Origin: Eledone cirrhosa
Lineage: Eukaryota
Length of the DNA stretch: 64,000 bases
NCBI GenBank assembly: GCA_964016885.1
Contig: OZ024741.1
Span: forward strand, 132,618,001 to 132,682,000
Direction: 5' to 3'
Position numbers and translations under genes: made by a program. Numbering within the stretch: the stretch's first letter is position 1; every line of letters begins with the position of its first letter. Positions 13,718 through 28,674 of the stretch are shown piece by piece. Below the pieces are notes generated by a model. The model was not told where the DNA came from, made no database searches, and saw nothing but the letters and a program-made list of their open reading frames with translations.

Positions 13718-14042
13718 GTGACGGCATTTGTTTGGCAACACAATTACTTAGCTATCTATTTCGAGATTTAATGTAGATATAATTATAGTGCATTTAATCA
13801 GAACCTTCCGAGAGAAAAGCGAGAAAAATAAACACACTTTCTATTATTCTTTCTGTACACAGCGAAGCATAGCAGATTATCTGCATGCATTTCAGGGAGT
13901 ATTGTCATTTAATCATGTAATAACTACCCCTATGCTTCACACTACAGACTGATATTAATAACATCGCTTTTAATGTCAAGCAAAGTGTAGAACATAACTG
14001 AAATGTTCATTCTAATCTACATTACATCCATTCCTTTAGCAA

Positions 14043-14655
14043 TTCTTCTTCTTCTTCTTCTTCTTCTTCTTCTTCTTCTTCTTCTTCTTCTTCTTCTTCT
14101 TCCAGCGGGTCCTGTCAGAAGCAACCATCACCAATTAATCCGATTGGATGTCCGAGTGAGACCAGCCGGGCTCATGGATGTTAGATGTTATCCAACCATC
14201 TTGAACGGGGTCTACCCATGGGTTTCCTGCCGGCTGGTTTTGCCCCTAAAATCTGTCCAGCGATTCTTTCCTGAGACATTCTAGCCACATGCCCGTAATA
14301 TCAGAGCTGTGATGCCTCAAATTGGAGAAGAAGCGGCTCTACCTGGAGCGATTCTCTGATCTCCAAGCTATGCACTCTATCGAGTAACGTTACTCCAAAG
14401 ACCCTTCGGAGAAACCCCATTCACGATCGCATTCTTTCGGTTATTATCTAAGATTGGTGGCCATAGGTGAGGGTTGGTACGTGTACCGAATTGAAGATAA
14501 CGAGTTTGGATTTTACACCTACCTCCCTTTTGATTACCGAATACTGAAGCTGGCACATTAATGCCCCAGTGCCTGCAATTCTTGCACTTAATTCAGCCTC
14601 CTGACTTCCATCACTCGGGAACACAGCCTCTGGATACGTGAACTTCTCCACCTGT
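14043..14655 (-). mobile_element. RTE (Expander/Rex-like) LINE 3' fragment with (AAG)n tail
   Basis: EKFTYP..VF.SDG....ELSARI...SKLVIFNSVHVPTLTYGHQS; related 3' end at 18153-18340. Confidence 0.75.
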
Positions 14656-15119
14656 AATGCAATTAATTAATAAATATTTATGCAGAGCAGCGTATTATGG
14701 AAAATTTAAGATACATTTAATCTCATGTATAGGGCTCTTTCTATTATCTGTAGATATGTATATCTCATCGGTAATAGCTCCATGGATAAATATAAATATA
14801 TATGTAAGCATCATGTGATTCGTAGACGGCGGTGGAATTTGAGATTTGAATTGAATTAGTAACTTCACCGTATTTGTTTTACTACAGAAAATACTCTAAT
14901 AATAAACAGAGCGTATAATCCCCAAGAACAGAATAAAATGAGTATCAACATGCATGGGAATCGACAGATTTGCTGCCGCGTGCAGTAGGCCATAAATACC
15001 GGGAGATTTTTAATCCCCACACGGTGAAAATAGGCTACTCATATACTAAAAGAATGAAATCCCACATCACCAATATACGCAAGAGCCTTCCACCTTCTAG
15101 ATACTCATGCAGGTCAGGC

Positions 15120-15460
15120 GCATGACCCCCTCGACCAACAGTGCAACTCTCCAGGGATAATATATGAACCAGCAGTGACCTACACCAACCAGAACCACAT
15201 AAGAGAAGCGGCGACTTACGTAGGTATATCAGAGAGCCGTTTCAAAAGCCGTTTGCTGAACCATGAAACGACCTTCAGACATCCAGACAAAAAGCATACC
15301 ACTCAACTGGAAAACCATGTGTGGAACCTCAATGAAAACGTCCCAGAGCTCTCCATAAAATGGAGGATACTGAAAAAATCCACACCCAGCACGGAAAAGT
15401 GGAATATAGTCTCACAACTGTCTTCTAAAAAAAACACTGCCTAAATACAAGGCTGCATTT
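15120..15460 (+). pseudogene. GIY-YIG endonuclease relic of a Penelope-like element
   Basis: GIIYE...YVGISESRFKSRLLNHETTFRH...TQLENHVWNL...IKWRILKK. Confidence 0.7.
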
Positions 15461-15924
15461 TTTCATTCGATGTTCTCACGAATCATGAAACTAAAAGTTT
15501 CGAATTAACACTTGTTTTCTCACTGCTCATAAGTTACCCCCTTTTTTGTTAGAATTATCTCCCTTAAGGTTTTACTCTAATTCATTTAAATAATTGGAAT
15601 TTTTAGAATTCCCTGGCCTTAGAACCCTCCTATATTATCAAAAATATCCCCAGAAGTATTCTATTACAGTGTGGCAGAATAAATAAGTTGGCGTCAAAAT
15701 CCAATGAAATTTAAGTATCTGCATATACCAATATTGTGACTGATTATATATAGACAGAGATTGGGCTGGCCAGCTAAATGGGAAAAGGCTGCAAGTCGGC
15801 CCTCGCGTCGACATATTTCAGAAGTTACTTGTCTTAAATCTCTTAATGCTTATCAGATGAACTCGGGTCGACGGATATGTAGAAATCTCACCATCTCATC
15901 ATCAACATCAAGGAAATATGCATA

Positions 15925-15957
<33 letters not shown>

Positions 15958-16393
15958 TGATAAATATTGATTTTTTTCCGGGCCCTCTTTAAAATATGTA
16001 GTGACCCATACCATTCACTGAAATCATACTAAAAAATTTTTTCGAGAGCCGGAACCCCCCTGTACATACCCCCTGAAGTTGAGGATGGTTGAAAAGAAGG
16101 AAAAGTTCGCTATTATTGCACCTATACTCGATATTTTTTCGTCACAATGGCGGTTTTGGGGGTCGATAAACTCATTTATGGTATTATTTTTGCATTACGA
16201 CCATCCAATATGCCGGAAATCCAGGATAGCGACCAAAATTCAAGATGCCGAGCAAAATTCGATATGACGGGTACAATAATTTTTCACTGCGAGAGTTATG
16301 TTGTCTCATGTCATAAATAGTTTCTCATTATTAATAGCTGAATGAATTCGTACACAATTTCATAATATAGCCTTCACTAATATTTACGGTACT

Positions 16394-16450
<57 letters not shown>

Positions 16451-16454
<4 letters not shown>

Positions 16455-16876
16455 ACTTTCTGTTGCTTAAACCATTTTGTTTGTTCACCCTAACGTTCTC
16501 CTTATTTACGTGTCCCAACGACTTTTTTTTAGCCGTTGTTCGCACCAACCTGAGGTATATGGCCCTTAAAGCGATGAAATGCCTAGGACGGTTGGAGGGT
16601 CACTGATGAAGGACTCACTTTTTCATATGTAACCCATTTGCAACGCCGCAGCTCCATTATTATCATATTTACACATATATTTTTTCCTCTGCTGCCACCC
16701 GTCTGTTTCGTTCTTTGTATCTTTACCCTTTCTAGCAGTCTCTCTCTCTCTGTTAGCCTCTTCCTCAACTTTCACTCACTCATACCCTGTCACTACCTCT
16801 CCTCCTCTTCCTCTTTCTTCCCGCTTGACCTGTCCGATTTCTTTTCTCGCGCACTCTTGACCAAGCCGGTATGAAT

Positions 16877-16942
<66 letters not shown>

Positions 16943-17332
16943 GCGACTTCACAGAACTTATGATTACCGAATTCGCAGACCAGACCCCTTCTTCTTCCCC
17001 CCGTTAGACCTGTGCGAAATTCCTTCCTTGCTCACATTTCAACCAGGTTTGATGGTCTTTATTCTCTCGTTCACGATTTTATCGAGTTTATATTCATAGA
17101 AATCTGGGACTTGTCTCTTTCTTCTCACTTTCTGTTGCTTAAACCATTTTGTTTGTTCACCCTAACGTTCTCCTTATTTACGTGTCCCAACGACTTTTTT
17201 TAGCCGTTGTTCGCACCAACCTGAGGTATATGGCCCTTAAAGCGATGAAATGCCTAGGACGGTTGGAGGGTCACTGATGAAGGACTCACTTTTTCATATG
17301 TAACCCATTTGCAACGCCGCAGCTCCATTATT

Positions 17333-17339
<7 letters not shown>
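16451..17339 (+). mobile_element. Non-coding unit with ~217-bp direct terminal repeats, embedded in (TA)n
   Basis: 16451-16668 and 17123-17339 are identical except for one T in a poly-T run; no TG..CA termini; (TA)n on both sides. Confidence 0.8.
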
Positions 17340-17375
<36 letters not shown>

Positions 17376-17688
17376 CTTAATGCGATGAAGTTTCACTTTA
17401 AGCAACTTATTATATATATATATGTGTGTGAGTGTATGTGTGTGTGTGTGTGTGTAAGAAAAAGAAATCGAAATTGAGATGAAGGGTTTGTGGTTTTTCT
17501 CGCAGATACAAGAAAAACCACAAACCCTCCATCTCAATTCTACTTTTGAATAGCATAAGAGGTGTGAAACCGGTAAAGGAAATAAATAAATATTCTTAAA
17601 AAGATTCCAGTTGCATTTTCGATGTCTTTTCCTTATACTTTCACCCATGTAGGACATCTCGTTTTTTTATTAAAAAATCTCATTTTCT

Positions 17689-17735
<47 letters not shown>

Positions 17736-19855
17736 GCGCGCGCGCGCGCATATATATATATATAACATTTCGATGTTTATATAAAAACTCAATGGAAGTA
17801 ATTTTTGAAAACTCCCTGCAGAGCTCAGTTATGCAAGAATTTTACAGAAAAAAAAACATAATTACATAATGTAATACATACAAGCTACGAAAGTAATCAG
17901 AATATTAAAATATTGCTTACATTACTTGTTATACCTAAACAATTCCTATACAGTTACCTATGTTTATCTATATATGTTTATCTACCTTTATCTATATGCC
18001 TATCTTTCTCACTCACGTTCTTTCTCTTTCGTTCAGTTTCTCTTTTATTATTTATAGTCACTGCTTTGGGCTTTGATTTTTACCATGAAAAAATAAAAAT
18101 AAAGTCTACTAAAACGATGTCAAGTCGCTTTCTCGGGGTAGGAAACCGCGTGTCTTCTTCTTCTTCTTCTTCTTCTTCTTCTTCTTCTTCTTCTTCTTCT
18201 TCGCCCACTTATTCCCGAGAGGATCGTGGGGCCAGAGTCCTCAAATACCCTTTCGAGCGGGTCCTGTCAGAAACAACCATCTCCAACTGATCCGGCAGGA
18301 TCCCCAAGCGTGACCAGCAAAGCTCATGGATGTTATCCAACTGCGCATCAGTTAAAGTAATCGTATTTAGTTCTAAAGTATGAAATAGTAGTAGCTGGGT
18401 GGTCTGAAGAAACTATAGAATTACCTAGCTTCCAGAACTGCGATTCCCATACCAACCCACAATCAGGATGATGCCAAAAGGCTTCAGGGAGGAAGCTCCT
18501 GAAGTTGACTAGTTAATACAGAGAGTAAGGGTGACTGTTATCTATGCAACTCCTTTCGGTATCTTGTCAGTGACACTCAACTGAGATATACTGTCCAACT
18601 GAGGTTGTAGAGTTCGCCCCCTTCATTCCCACACAGACATTTTCCTTCTTTTTTTTTTTTTATATTAGAAAAATAATAAAGTTTATCCTTTTATTCCAAA
18701 ATGATTATTTTTTTTTTTTACTGAAAAGATGCGTTTTTCGGTCACGTTCGAATAACTTTCACACCCAGTTTTACTCCTGAAGTTGTGACCACTTTATTGA
18801 AAATAAAATAAAATAACTACATTTCATCTACGTTTGAGTATTTAATAATAATACTAAAGAAAAAAAGAAAGAAGGAAACGAAAAGGAGTGGAGGAAGTTA
18901 ACAATAATTGTTTTATATGAGTAGTGCCCCTTTAAAATTCTAAGCTTACATTGATAAGAGTTATTTCCCTTACATTTTCTTCGGCATTTTGTACGCCGTA
19001 ATCGTTTAATGAGTCGTTACATGTCGGATAGAATACTTTCTGGTATTCGTTCTCGCTCGCTACTCTCTGAGTTCAAATTTCACTGAGGTCAACTTTACCT
19101 TTCATTCTTTCGCGGTCGATTAAAAAATGAACCGATCTAGTACTGAGATTGATTTTTCCTCTATATCTGTTCCTCATTTCCTCTTTCTCACTTTGTATCC
19201 TTCTCTATATATTTTCCTCATTTCCTCTCTCTAATTTTCTATCCTTCTCTGGAGGGGGCTGGGCTCCAACCAGGCTTAAAATGCCCAATAACGCCATATG
19301 CCACTACTGCGTCCCTACTAGTTTATCAGGAGTTATGGAACAAAGAAAAATATTTAAATAGATTATTTGAAGAATGAGCGCAGCATCCAACGCCGTTACA
19401 TGCTGTCCCAGAATAGTGAGAGTTGCGCAATCTAAACTATAATAAAGTAAGGAGCGCGGGACTGCGTACGGTTTATAATTTTTTATCCCATTAGTAAAAT
19501 AAGTTGGATTACTTTGAATAAATAATGAATGAATATTACATAATTTATTTACTATATTGTGTGGCTGTTCATTAAATATATTTTATTTATTTAAAGATTC
19601 ACTTCTTTAAAATTTCTGAAATGTCAACACTTCCGGTTGGCCATCGCTTAAATAAACATACTAATTTTCTGCCACTAATTTTCTCCTAATGCAGTTTATA
19701 TATAATATCGTCTTTCTTAAGGTATCATGGATTACGTTACTGATTACATAAGACAATGTAACGCAGTCTTCGTTCAATTTCTATGTATTATATATTGTCA
19801 ATTACGATTTTATTTGATGTATCATATCTACATGTATATATACCTGCGTATAATA

Positions 19856-19914
19856 TCTATATACACACTACACAAGCCAGCCGAAAACCACCCGAAGGGT
19901 GGTTTTTCTGCTAG
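19856..19914 (+). mobile_element. Helitron 3' terminus / possible 59-bp mini-Helitron
   Basis: Hairpin AAAACCACCC-GAA-GGGTGGTTTT followed by CTAG|T; candidate A|TCTATAT 5' end at 19856. Confidence 0.6.
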
Positions 19915-20203
19915 TGACTGGGGTGTAGTGACTGTTCCCCCCTCTTCCTTTTTTGTTGCTTAATTCTGTTTTCTTTTTCTTCTTTTCATTTTCATTTTTG
20001 TTCTCTTTAATAGTGTGTTTTGTTTTATATAAACAGCTTAGAAAAATAACAATTTATCAACTATATAACTAGCAGAAATTTTCATTAAATATTATGTGGA
20101 CAGTGTATTAAAGGATCCAGGCAGATAACTTCAGATAAATGTATAAATTACCTCCCTTAACCTGTTAGCTATCTTCCATGTATGTATATGTTGAAATATG
20201 TGG

Positions 20204-20323
<120 letters not shown>

Positions 20324-20359
20324 ACATGTGTGTATATATATTCATAATATATATATACA

Positions 20360-20586
20360 CAGCATATACTCGAATGTAAGCTGAAAAATGTGACAAAAAA
20401 ATTGATGGTAACATAGGGATCGACTTATGTTCGAGATCAATATTTTGCCGAATTTTACCAACTTCAAAATTTTACGCAAATACACTTTAGATTTTTCACT
20501 TTGGAGGTAAAATTATAACGGTTTCTCATACATAAAATAGGGGTCAATTTATATTTGGATCGACTTATATTGATTATATACGGTAT
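20360..20586. mobile_element. Tc2/pogo-like MITE
   Basis: Terminal inverted motif ATATACTCGAATGTAAG...CTTATATTGATTATATACGGTA; same TIR family at 60531/61385 and 24750-24770. Confidence 0.6.
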
Positions 20587-21049
20587 ATAGGAATTCGTTG
20601 GCTCTAGGTTTGTCCTTGCTTTTTTTTTTTTTAATATATATAACAGTCCATTGTGTCCATCGTGTGTTACTACGAGAGGTTGTTTAATGACCTTAACTGG
20701 CCTTGTTCTCGTTAATGTTAGGCCAAAACACAGCAAGACAGAAAGCTATCCCATAACTTTCAAAAGTTCCGAAGACAACTTCCTCTAAAACAATTTTCAA
20801 ATAAAACAATCATATTCAGATATGTTCCTGTCAACAATAATTCTGTACTTCGTGTTCGAATAAATGGTGCTAAATCGAAACCATTCAATGTGCGAGTTGG
20901 ACTCCGCCAAAGGTGCATACTGTCACCTCTCCTGTTCATTATTTTCATGAACAGGATTGGCATGTTCAGTATTGGCTTTTGTAAGAAATTATTACTCCAG
21001 TATCCCTGACATAGCTCATCCCACTCCAGGTCTGAACATATCTGAATTC

Positions 21050-22360
21050 TTCCAATAGGCTGGGTGTAACAAAAATAGAACGGGCTTCAGAGGCTAGGGG
21101 AAAGAAGAGGATAGATCTGATTTTACAGGAGGTGATGAAAGAAGAGGATTCCAGAAGAATCTAGAAGGCAGTACAACAGGTCTAGTGGACAACGTGGGAA
21201 GGTGCACTCCAGAAGTGTTGGAATGACCTGTGTTATATGGCGCCTCTTAGAATCAGTTTTCTTCTCAGATCTGTCTATGATCACCTGACTTCGAATACGA
21301 ATCTAGTGAAGGGGGACGAATCAGATAACCCCGAGTACCCACTCTGTTAGAGTAGACAGACAGTGGAACACGTTTTGAGCTCATGCAGAGTAGCACTAGG
21401 CCAAGGAAGATATACGTGGAGATACAATCAACTACTTAAGGAGATCATACATGTGAGAAGTACGGCAAAAGTAAAACCCGTAGCAAGAGATTCCCCAGCA
21501 ACATTCTATATGACAGGAGACAGAAAATCATGGCCAGGAACAGCTATGCTATACGGAGCACGGGGATCGGGTCTTATGAGTGGTGCAGGTGACTGGGAGT
21601 GTACAGCAGACCTCCCAGGATCAGAAAAACGACTAGAAATCATCAGGAAGAGTGGCTTGAGGCCGAATATCGTACTCCATTTCAGATCATCAAAACAAGT
21701 TTATTTTGATTGAACTCACCATGTCATTTGAAAGTAGAATAGAGGAAGCGCACGTGTATGTAGCGGTTGTCTCCCTTGTTTTGATTAGGATCTAGACGGG
21801 AAGTAGAACCCTTTCTGCAACTTCCGGTCAGAGCCCTATAAAACTAACAACTTTAAGCTCTCTTTCTCTCATTGCCTTTTCGGCACCAGGTCAAGAGCCT
21901 CTCATTTGGCTCTGCCATTCATTTGGCCAACAGGCGCCTGGCCTTAGCCAGGCGTCCTCTGCCAGCCGCGTTTGCCTGGCAATCAAAACGGTAACTACTA
22001 ACTTTGCTTCATTCTATCATCCTCATCTTTGACATTTCAACTATACTATCTACCATTGTTAATTAAATATTATACACACAAACAATGTATTCCTTGTTAC
22101 ATTCATACAACCTAGTATAATCGCTATATGTTCAACATCGAAAATTACGCCAGTTTGGTCAACAGACTGAGGGAATCCGACTTCCGGGTCAAAATTCTCA
22201 CCATAGAGGTTGGAGCTGGAGGTTTTGTGGGGAAATCTGCCTATGTCATGAAACAACTTTCTGTCTCTGGAAAGACGATGACCAAAGCCCGAAAGATAAT
22301 ATCAAATGCAGCAGAAAGAAGTTCCTGTTGGATCTACTCGAGGAGAAATGAAAATGAGCT
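21050..22360 (+). mobile_element. Hero/NeSL-like (REL endonuclease) non-LTR retrotransposon 3' relic
   Basis: RISFLLRSVYD.L...NL, TVEHVLSSC..ALGQGRYTWR, LRPNIV, IELT..FE..IEEAH...Y..L, IEVGAGGF; interrupted by a solo LTR. Confidence 0.8.
21759..22128 (+). mobile_element. Solo LTR (370 bp)
   Basis: TGTAGCG...CGCTATA termini; TSD TGTA/TGTT; TATA-like CTATAAAA at ~21836; removing it restores the host frame EEAHVFNIENY. Confidence 0.8.
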
Positions 22361-23173
22361 TCATACCATACCGTTTGAGGGCACCATGTTTGTAGTTGAG
22401 CGCACCCTAAATGCAGTAGCTCTGAGTGAGTCGTAGTTGTAGTGTTGGCGGTGGCAGTGGCAGTGACAGTGACGCAGTTGACATCTCACCGTTACCATGA
22501 ATACCAACAATATTTTTTCCAAACTCAAGAGAGCGTTTGAATATAAGTTTGAAAGCAGAGGCAATGGAGAGGAGTTGTAGCTAGATCCTCTCAATAAAAT
22601 ATCCATACGATTCAAATACACACGTCTCTGATATCCGAATGGCTAAATGTCAGCAGATGGACACCCAGGAATGATGACCTGGATGTGTCCCGGCTCTCTT
22701 AGAGTCTTAGAAGATAAGGGCCGAAGTCCTTTCTTGAAGGAGGTTTCTTCTCTGAATACCTTCTGCTGCCCAGCTCTCCTGAGAGTTTCTTACAACCACA
22801 CACTTATCTATTGGACTTGTAATGTATATAAAGCTTCTACGGGACTAGAACTGTTTCATTATAATATAACATAATATAATATGACCGTAACAATTATTAC
22901 CTATATTAAAGGGTGAAACATCGATATTGCATCTAATATTTTATCAAACATATTCAGTTTTCTTCTCTCGCCATATAAATTCCAGAAGTAAATTTAGGTA
23001 AGTATAATACTACGCAATTTTTGTTACTACAATCAGTTAAAGGTGGACTCCTGAAATTGGATCAACAAAGATTTTCAGAATGGTTAGCTGTTAAATTATT
23101 GTACCCCATTCCTTCAATTTCATTAATTCCTTGATATGAAGCCCAACAATATTGGGACTAATAACTTACTAAG

Positions 23174-23248
<75 letters not shown>

Positions 23249-23288
23249 CTTTTGTGACATCAGCCGTGGAACTATTCTAACACACCTC

Positions 23289-23348
<60 letters not shown>

Positions 23349-24098
23349 GCACCCTCTGGGGTTTACTAAGAATTTTTTTTTCTGTTTTCTGTGTTATTTT
23401 CGTTTGTTTTCAACTGATCTGGCATCCGACTCACTCGCAAACGACTCCTTTTTCCGAAAACGGCATGGGGAAAATGTCTTCGGAGTTACAGATTAGCACC
23501 TTTCAGCCGTTTATATATAAAACGACTCTCTGGGGGTCGCTAAGAGAATTTTTTCTTGTTAGATTTATTCGTGCGTTTTCAACTAATCTGACCTCCGACA
23601 TGCTCACAAACGACGTTTTTTTTTTTTGTTTTTTCGTTGTTTTTTTTTTAAATCGGAATGGAGGTAAGACCTTATTTTCTCAGCTTCGGAATGATGGGGA
23701 GGCATCGGATTTTCCCAGTCTCGGAGTTTTCTTCGGTGAGATTTTTTGTTTTTTAGACTCTAAACTTTAGAGTATAGTTTTTGTTTCACAAATCCAGTAC
23801 GTACAACCCCCGCTCCTCCCAAGTGAACAACTCCCTTCCACAATTTTAGAAAATATTTCTTTATAATTAGAAAATAGAAAAGTATGAGAAAATTCTAAAT
23901 TAATATAATATTTAAAAGATGGAGATATATTTTTAGTTTAAGGTATTTAGATTTTTTTTTTTTTAACTGCTATGGAGATAATTAAAAACACTAGGGGGAG
24001 ATTGAAATGAATAGCGAATAGTTGAAAGATATCAACTAAGAAAACACTGCATAAGATTCAGAGAGGAAGGGGGAGGAATAGACAGAGAGAGAGAGAGA

Positions 24099-24188
<90 letters not shown>

Positions 24189-24361
24189 GACAGAGGAAGC
24201 AGAATAAAACAAGATTGAAAGAAAAAATATAATTAAGTCACAGGGGAAATGCATATGTGTAGAGGCACCGTCAAACGGTGTGTCTAGGGCACTTTTAAAC
24301 CTGGCGGAGCCCAACTCTCTCCAGGTCTGAACAGTCGATTTTTTCTATAGAGGAAAAATCG

Positions 24362-24490
24362 ACCACAGTCCCGGAGTTGGTATTTTTTTATCGGCCTCGA
24401 AAGAATGAAAGGCAAAGTTGACCCCGGTGGGATTTGAACTAAGAGCGCGTAAAGAGGTGGGACGAATACCGTAAAGCATTCCATTCGACT
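24362..24490 (-). mobile_element. SINE family A relative (diverged)
   Basis: GAATGAAAGGCAAAGTTGACCCCGGTGGGATTTGAACT; further copies at 27345-27475, 28120-28200 and 19065-19145. Confidence 0.75.
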
Positions 24491-24984
24491 TCTTTACGAC
24501 AATTTGCCACCTATCTATATATGAAAAAGTTCAAATAATAAAAAATTTGTTGGGAATATTCTCAATGCAATTCACAAATAAAACTTACAGCTATATAGTA
24601 AATGTAGAAAAACAATGTTTGATTGTGAAATAATGTCTAGATATTTTAGCACCTTATTTATGTAGAATTGGGAGTTGGTGAAAATTGTCAAAATATTGAG
24701 CCGACTCTTATTTTACCATCGTTTTTGGGGGATCACATATTCCTCGGATTATATTCAAGTATATACGGTATTTAGGCTGTTATATTTGCAATCCTATTCT
24801 TTTGTTCATTACTCAAAGTTCATGACCATAGGTAATTCTAATCATTGTATTCTATCCAACATTCTAACACCTCTGTCTATCTGTATCTTATACTGTTTCT
24901 CTTTTATTTCAGAATATCAGAAGACATCATTTTTTTTACATCACAAGCATCATCAATATTTATCATCTTTTAAAAACTACTTGA

Positions 24985-26040
<1,056 letters not shown>

Positions 26041-26859
26041 AAAAATAACGATATCACTGTTATCATGAACATCATCATTGTTTTCACACCCACGTTTTCA
26101 TGCTGGCATGAGTTAGTTGGAATGTTTTAAGACAAAGTTTTAAAGCCAGATGCCAACGCTTTTAGTGACTCATTTATAGCATGATTCCTTCATCACTTAA
26201 TGAAAAAGGCTGAATGCTAATTTAATAGTGTTAATGTAACTTTAAACTTAATATAAATTTAAATTGGATGGTATGTTTTTTTTAATCATCCCATCAATAC
26301 TTTAATGTCCATTTTCCATGTTGGTATGGGATGGACATATTTGTCATACATATTTTCTCAAACTTTCCTCATCTTAATTCTAAATTCTAATATAATTTCT
26401 GACCTCATCACACTTTCTGAAAATTTTTAATTTGGAATCTAAATAAAGCTGGTTTACACTGAAATTATTCTTCTATCATTTTATTTGTATAGTATTTAAC
26501 TAGTTTTTGCAGCTTCAAAAATAGCTGTTTGGATCACAAATAGAGAACACTGGTGTACCAACATTTTAGTGAAAGAATCTGTTTGAAATCTTACATATTA
26601 TTCTCGCAGATTACGTCAATATAGTTAAAATATCATTACTTTTAATTTTTCTTTTTAGTAAAAATAACTTTATCAATATTTAAAAATAGAAAAGGAAGGG
26701 AAAGGCAAGGTCACAGAATGGAAGGGTGAAGGGTGGAATCTGGGCCTAGGGCGCGTTGGTGTATAATAAATGTTACACATTTCACCCAACTGATCTTCAC
26801 TGTTTATTTTGAAGCTGTATAATTTTTTAATATTATTTGAAACTTGATATTAAAGGTTA

Positions 26860-27279
26860 CTAGACCACCCGTGACCCGTTGGGTCACGTTCACTTAGAAA
26901 TATTTTTTTTAAATCATGTTCACTTCAAAATAATTTTGAATAATTAAAATATACAGACATGTTTCCAACGTAAAATGAAATTGGAAGGTCCATATATGTG
27001 TGTGTGTGTGCGTGTGTACATATTCTCTCTCTATGTATCTCTTTCAATCTATTCTCTCACAACCACTATTTCTTTCTCTCTTTCTCTCTCTCTCTCTGTT
27101 TATGAAGGTAGCCGGAAAAATCCTGTATCTCAGGAACGCGTGCTTCGATTTACACGAAACTTGTTTTATTTCATTTGTATTCCCATTTCAGGGGCAACTT
27201 CCTTTCAAAGTATATGCGCCGTTTTGGCTGTATTAAATTACACACTAGACACAATCACAGAGTTTTAGTAGTATATAGA
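26860..27279 (-). mobile_element. Non-autonomous Helitron
   Basis: Minus-strand 5' A|TCTATATACTACTAAAAC; 3' hairpin CGTGACCC-AAC-GGGTCACG followed by CTAG|T; internal microsatellites. Confidence 0.8.
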
Positions 27280-27579
27280 TAGATGATAAATTGAATGAGA
27301 AATAAACAATAGGATAACTTTATGTATAAAATGATAATTGTTTCTATATTTGGCTCAATGTCAACAATTATCCCAGTGCATTACTGGTACTTTATTTTAT
27401 CGACCCCGTAAGGATGAAAGGCAAAGTAAACCTCGGCGGGATTTGAACTTAGAATGGCAAGGACCGTAACTCTATGCGTCAAGATGGTGGTTAACTATTG
27501 AATGTTATGTAACCAGTTGGTTGATGGCAGCTAACTTTGTACATTAAATGATAATGATAGTGGTTATCTAGTGAACATG

Positions 27580-27713
27580 TAGTGCCGGATTTATGAGGCC
27601 TATTAATTGGGCCCAGAAGGAGGGGAAAAAATGTTGGCAGGAAGATTGGTTCCCTCTGGCCAATGGGGCTCTGTGCTTAAGCACGCCTGAGCACAATAGT
27701 AAAGCCAGCACTG
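27580..27713. mobile_element. hAT-type MITE (134 bp)
   Basis: Imperfect TIRs TAGTGCCGGATTTA / TAAAGCCAGCACTG; perfect 8-bp TSD TGAACATG (27572-27579, 27714-27721). Confidence 0.82.
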
Positions 27714-28614
27714 TGAACATGTATTGTAGCCAGTTGGTTGATGGTAGCTAACTTTTTACATTAAATGATGACAGTTATCATGAGTATATGTATAGGTACT
27801 CTGTCATTGTTGGTGGCTCAACTTACTTAATGGATCAGGTGATGCCTGTGAGAGTGCTTGGCTATTCTAGCACCTTAGCCTTGCTACCAGCCAGTCATAT
27901 TGATGTATTATGTCATGCTCCTGGTAAGGGTGCTTGGCTATTCTAGCTTCTTAACCTCGCTATCACCTGTGGTCGTGCTACCAGTGTATTGGCTTTCCTC
28001 AAAAATGAGGGAAACCCCAGCAGCTCTGACAGAGCCCATCCTACTCCAGGTCTGAACACAGCTGATGCCTTCCAGAAAGAAAGTGACATGGAGACATAGA
28101 GGAAGAATTGACTCCACTACCTGACTGGTACATTTTTATGAACTCGAAAAGATGAAAGGCCAAGTTGACCTCAGTGTGTTTTGTACCCAAGGCACAGAGA
28201 ACCAGAATGAATACTGCAGAATATACTATCTGATGTTCCAACAACTTTGTCAATTCACCACCTACATAATGTTTACTTAAAACGAAAAAACTCTTAAGTC
28301 TCATATATTTCCCTAAAAAAATTCCGAGGGTTGAGCTGCTGCGGAAAAATTCATAAACATACGAAGAGTTTGTTGACACACGCATTTACAGACCTGTCAA
28401 CTCTCCTCTCCGACTGAGAGATCTCCCACCGACTTTGGGGTGGGTGAGAGATGTCTTCTCTTGTGAAAATGTGTAGTTTTCATAATGTAAAATCTTCTCA
28501 TTTTGATTCATTTCTCCCCTTTTGGGGGCATTTTTTCCATGGTACTCCCCGTTTTGGGGTTTTAGAAGTTGGGTGGTTTGCATTGATATAAGGTCGTTTA
28601 TTCGTAATTAACAC

Positions 28615-28674
<60 letters not shown>

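Noticed and set aside
19884-19907. Hairpin + T-run resembling a rho-independent terminator
   Set aside because: Eukaryotic context; the following CTAG|T fits a Helitron end better
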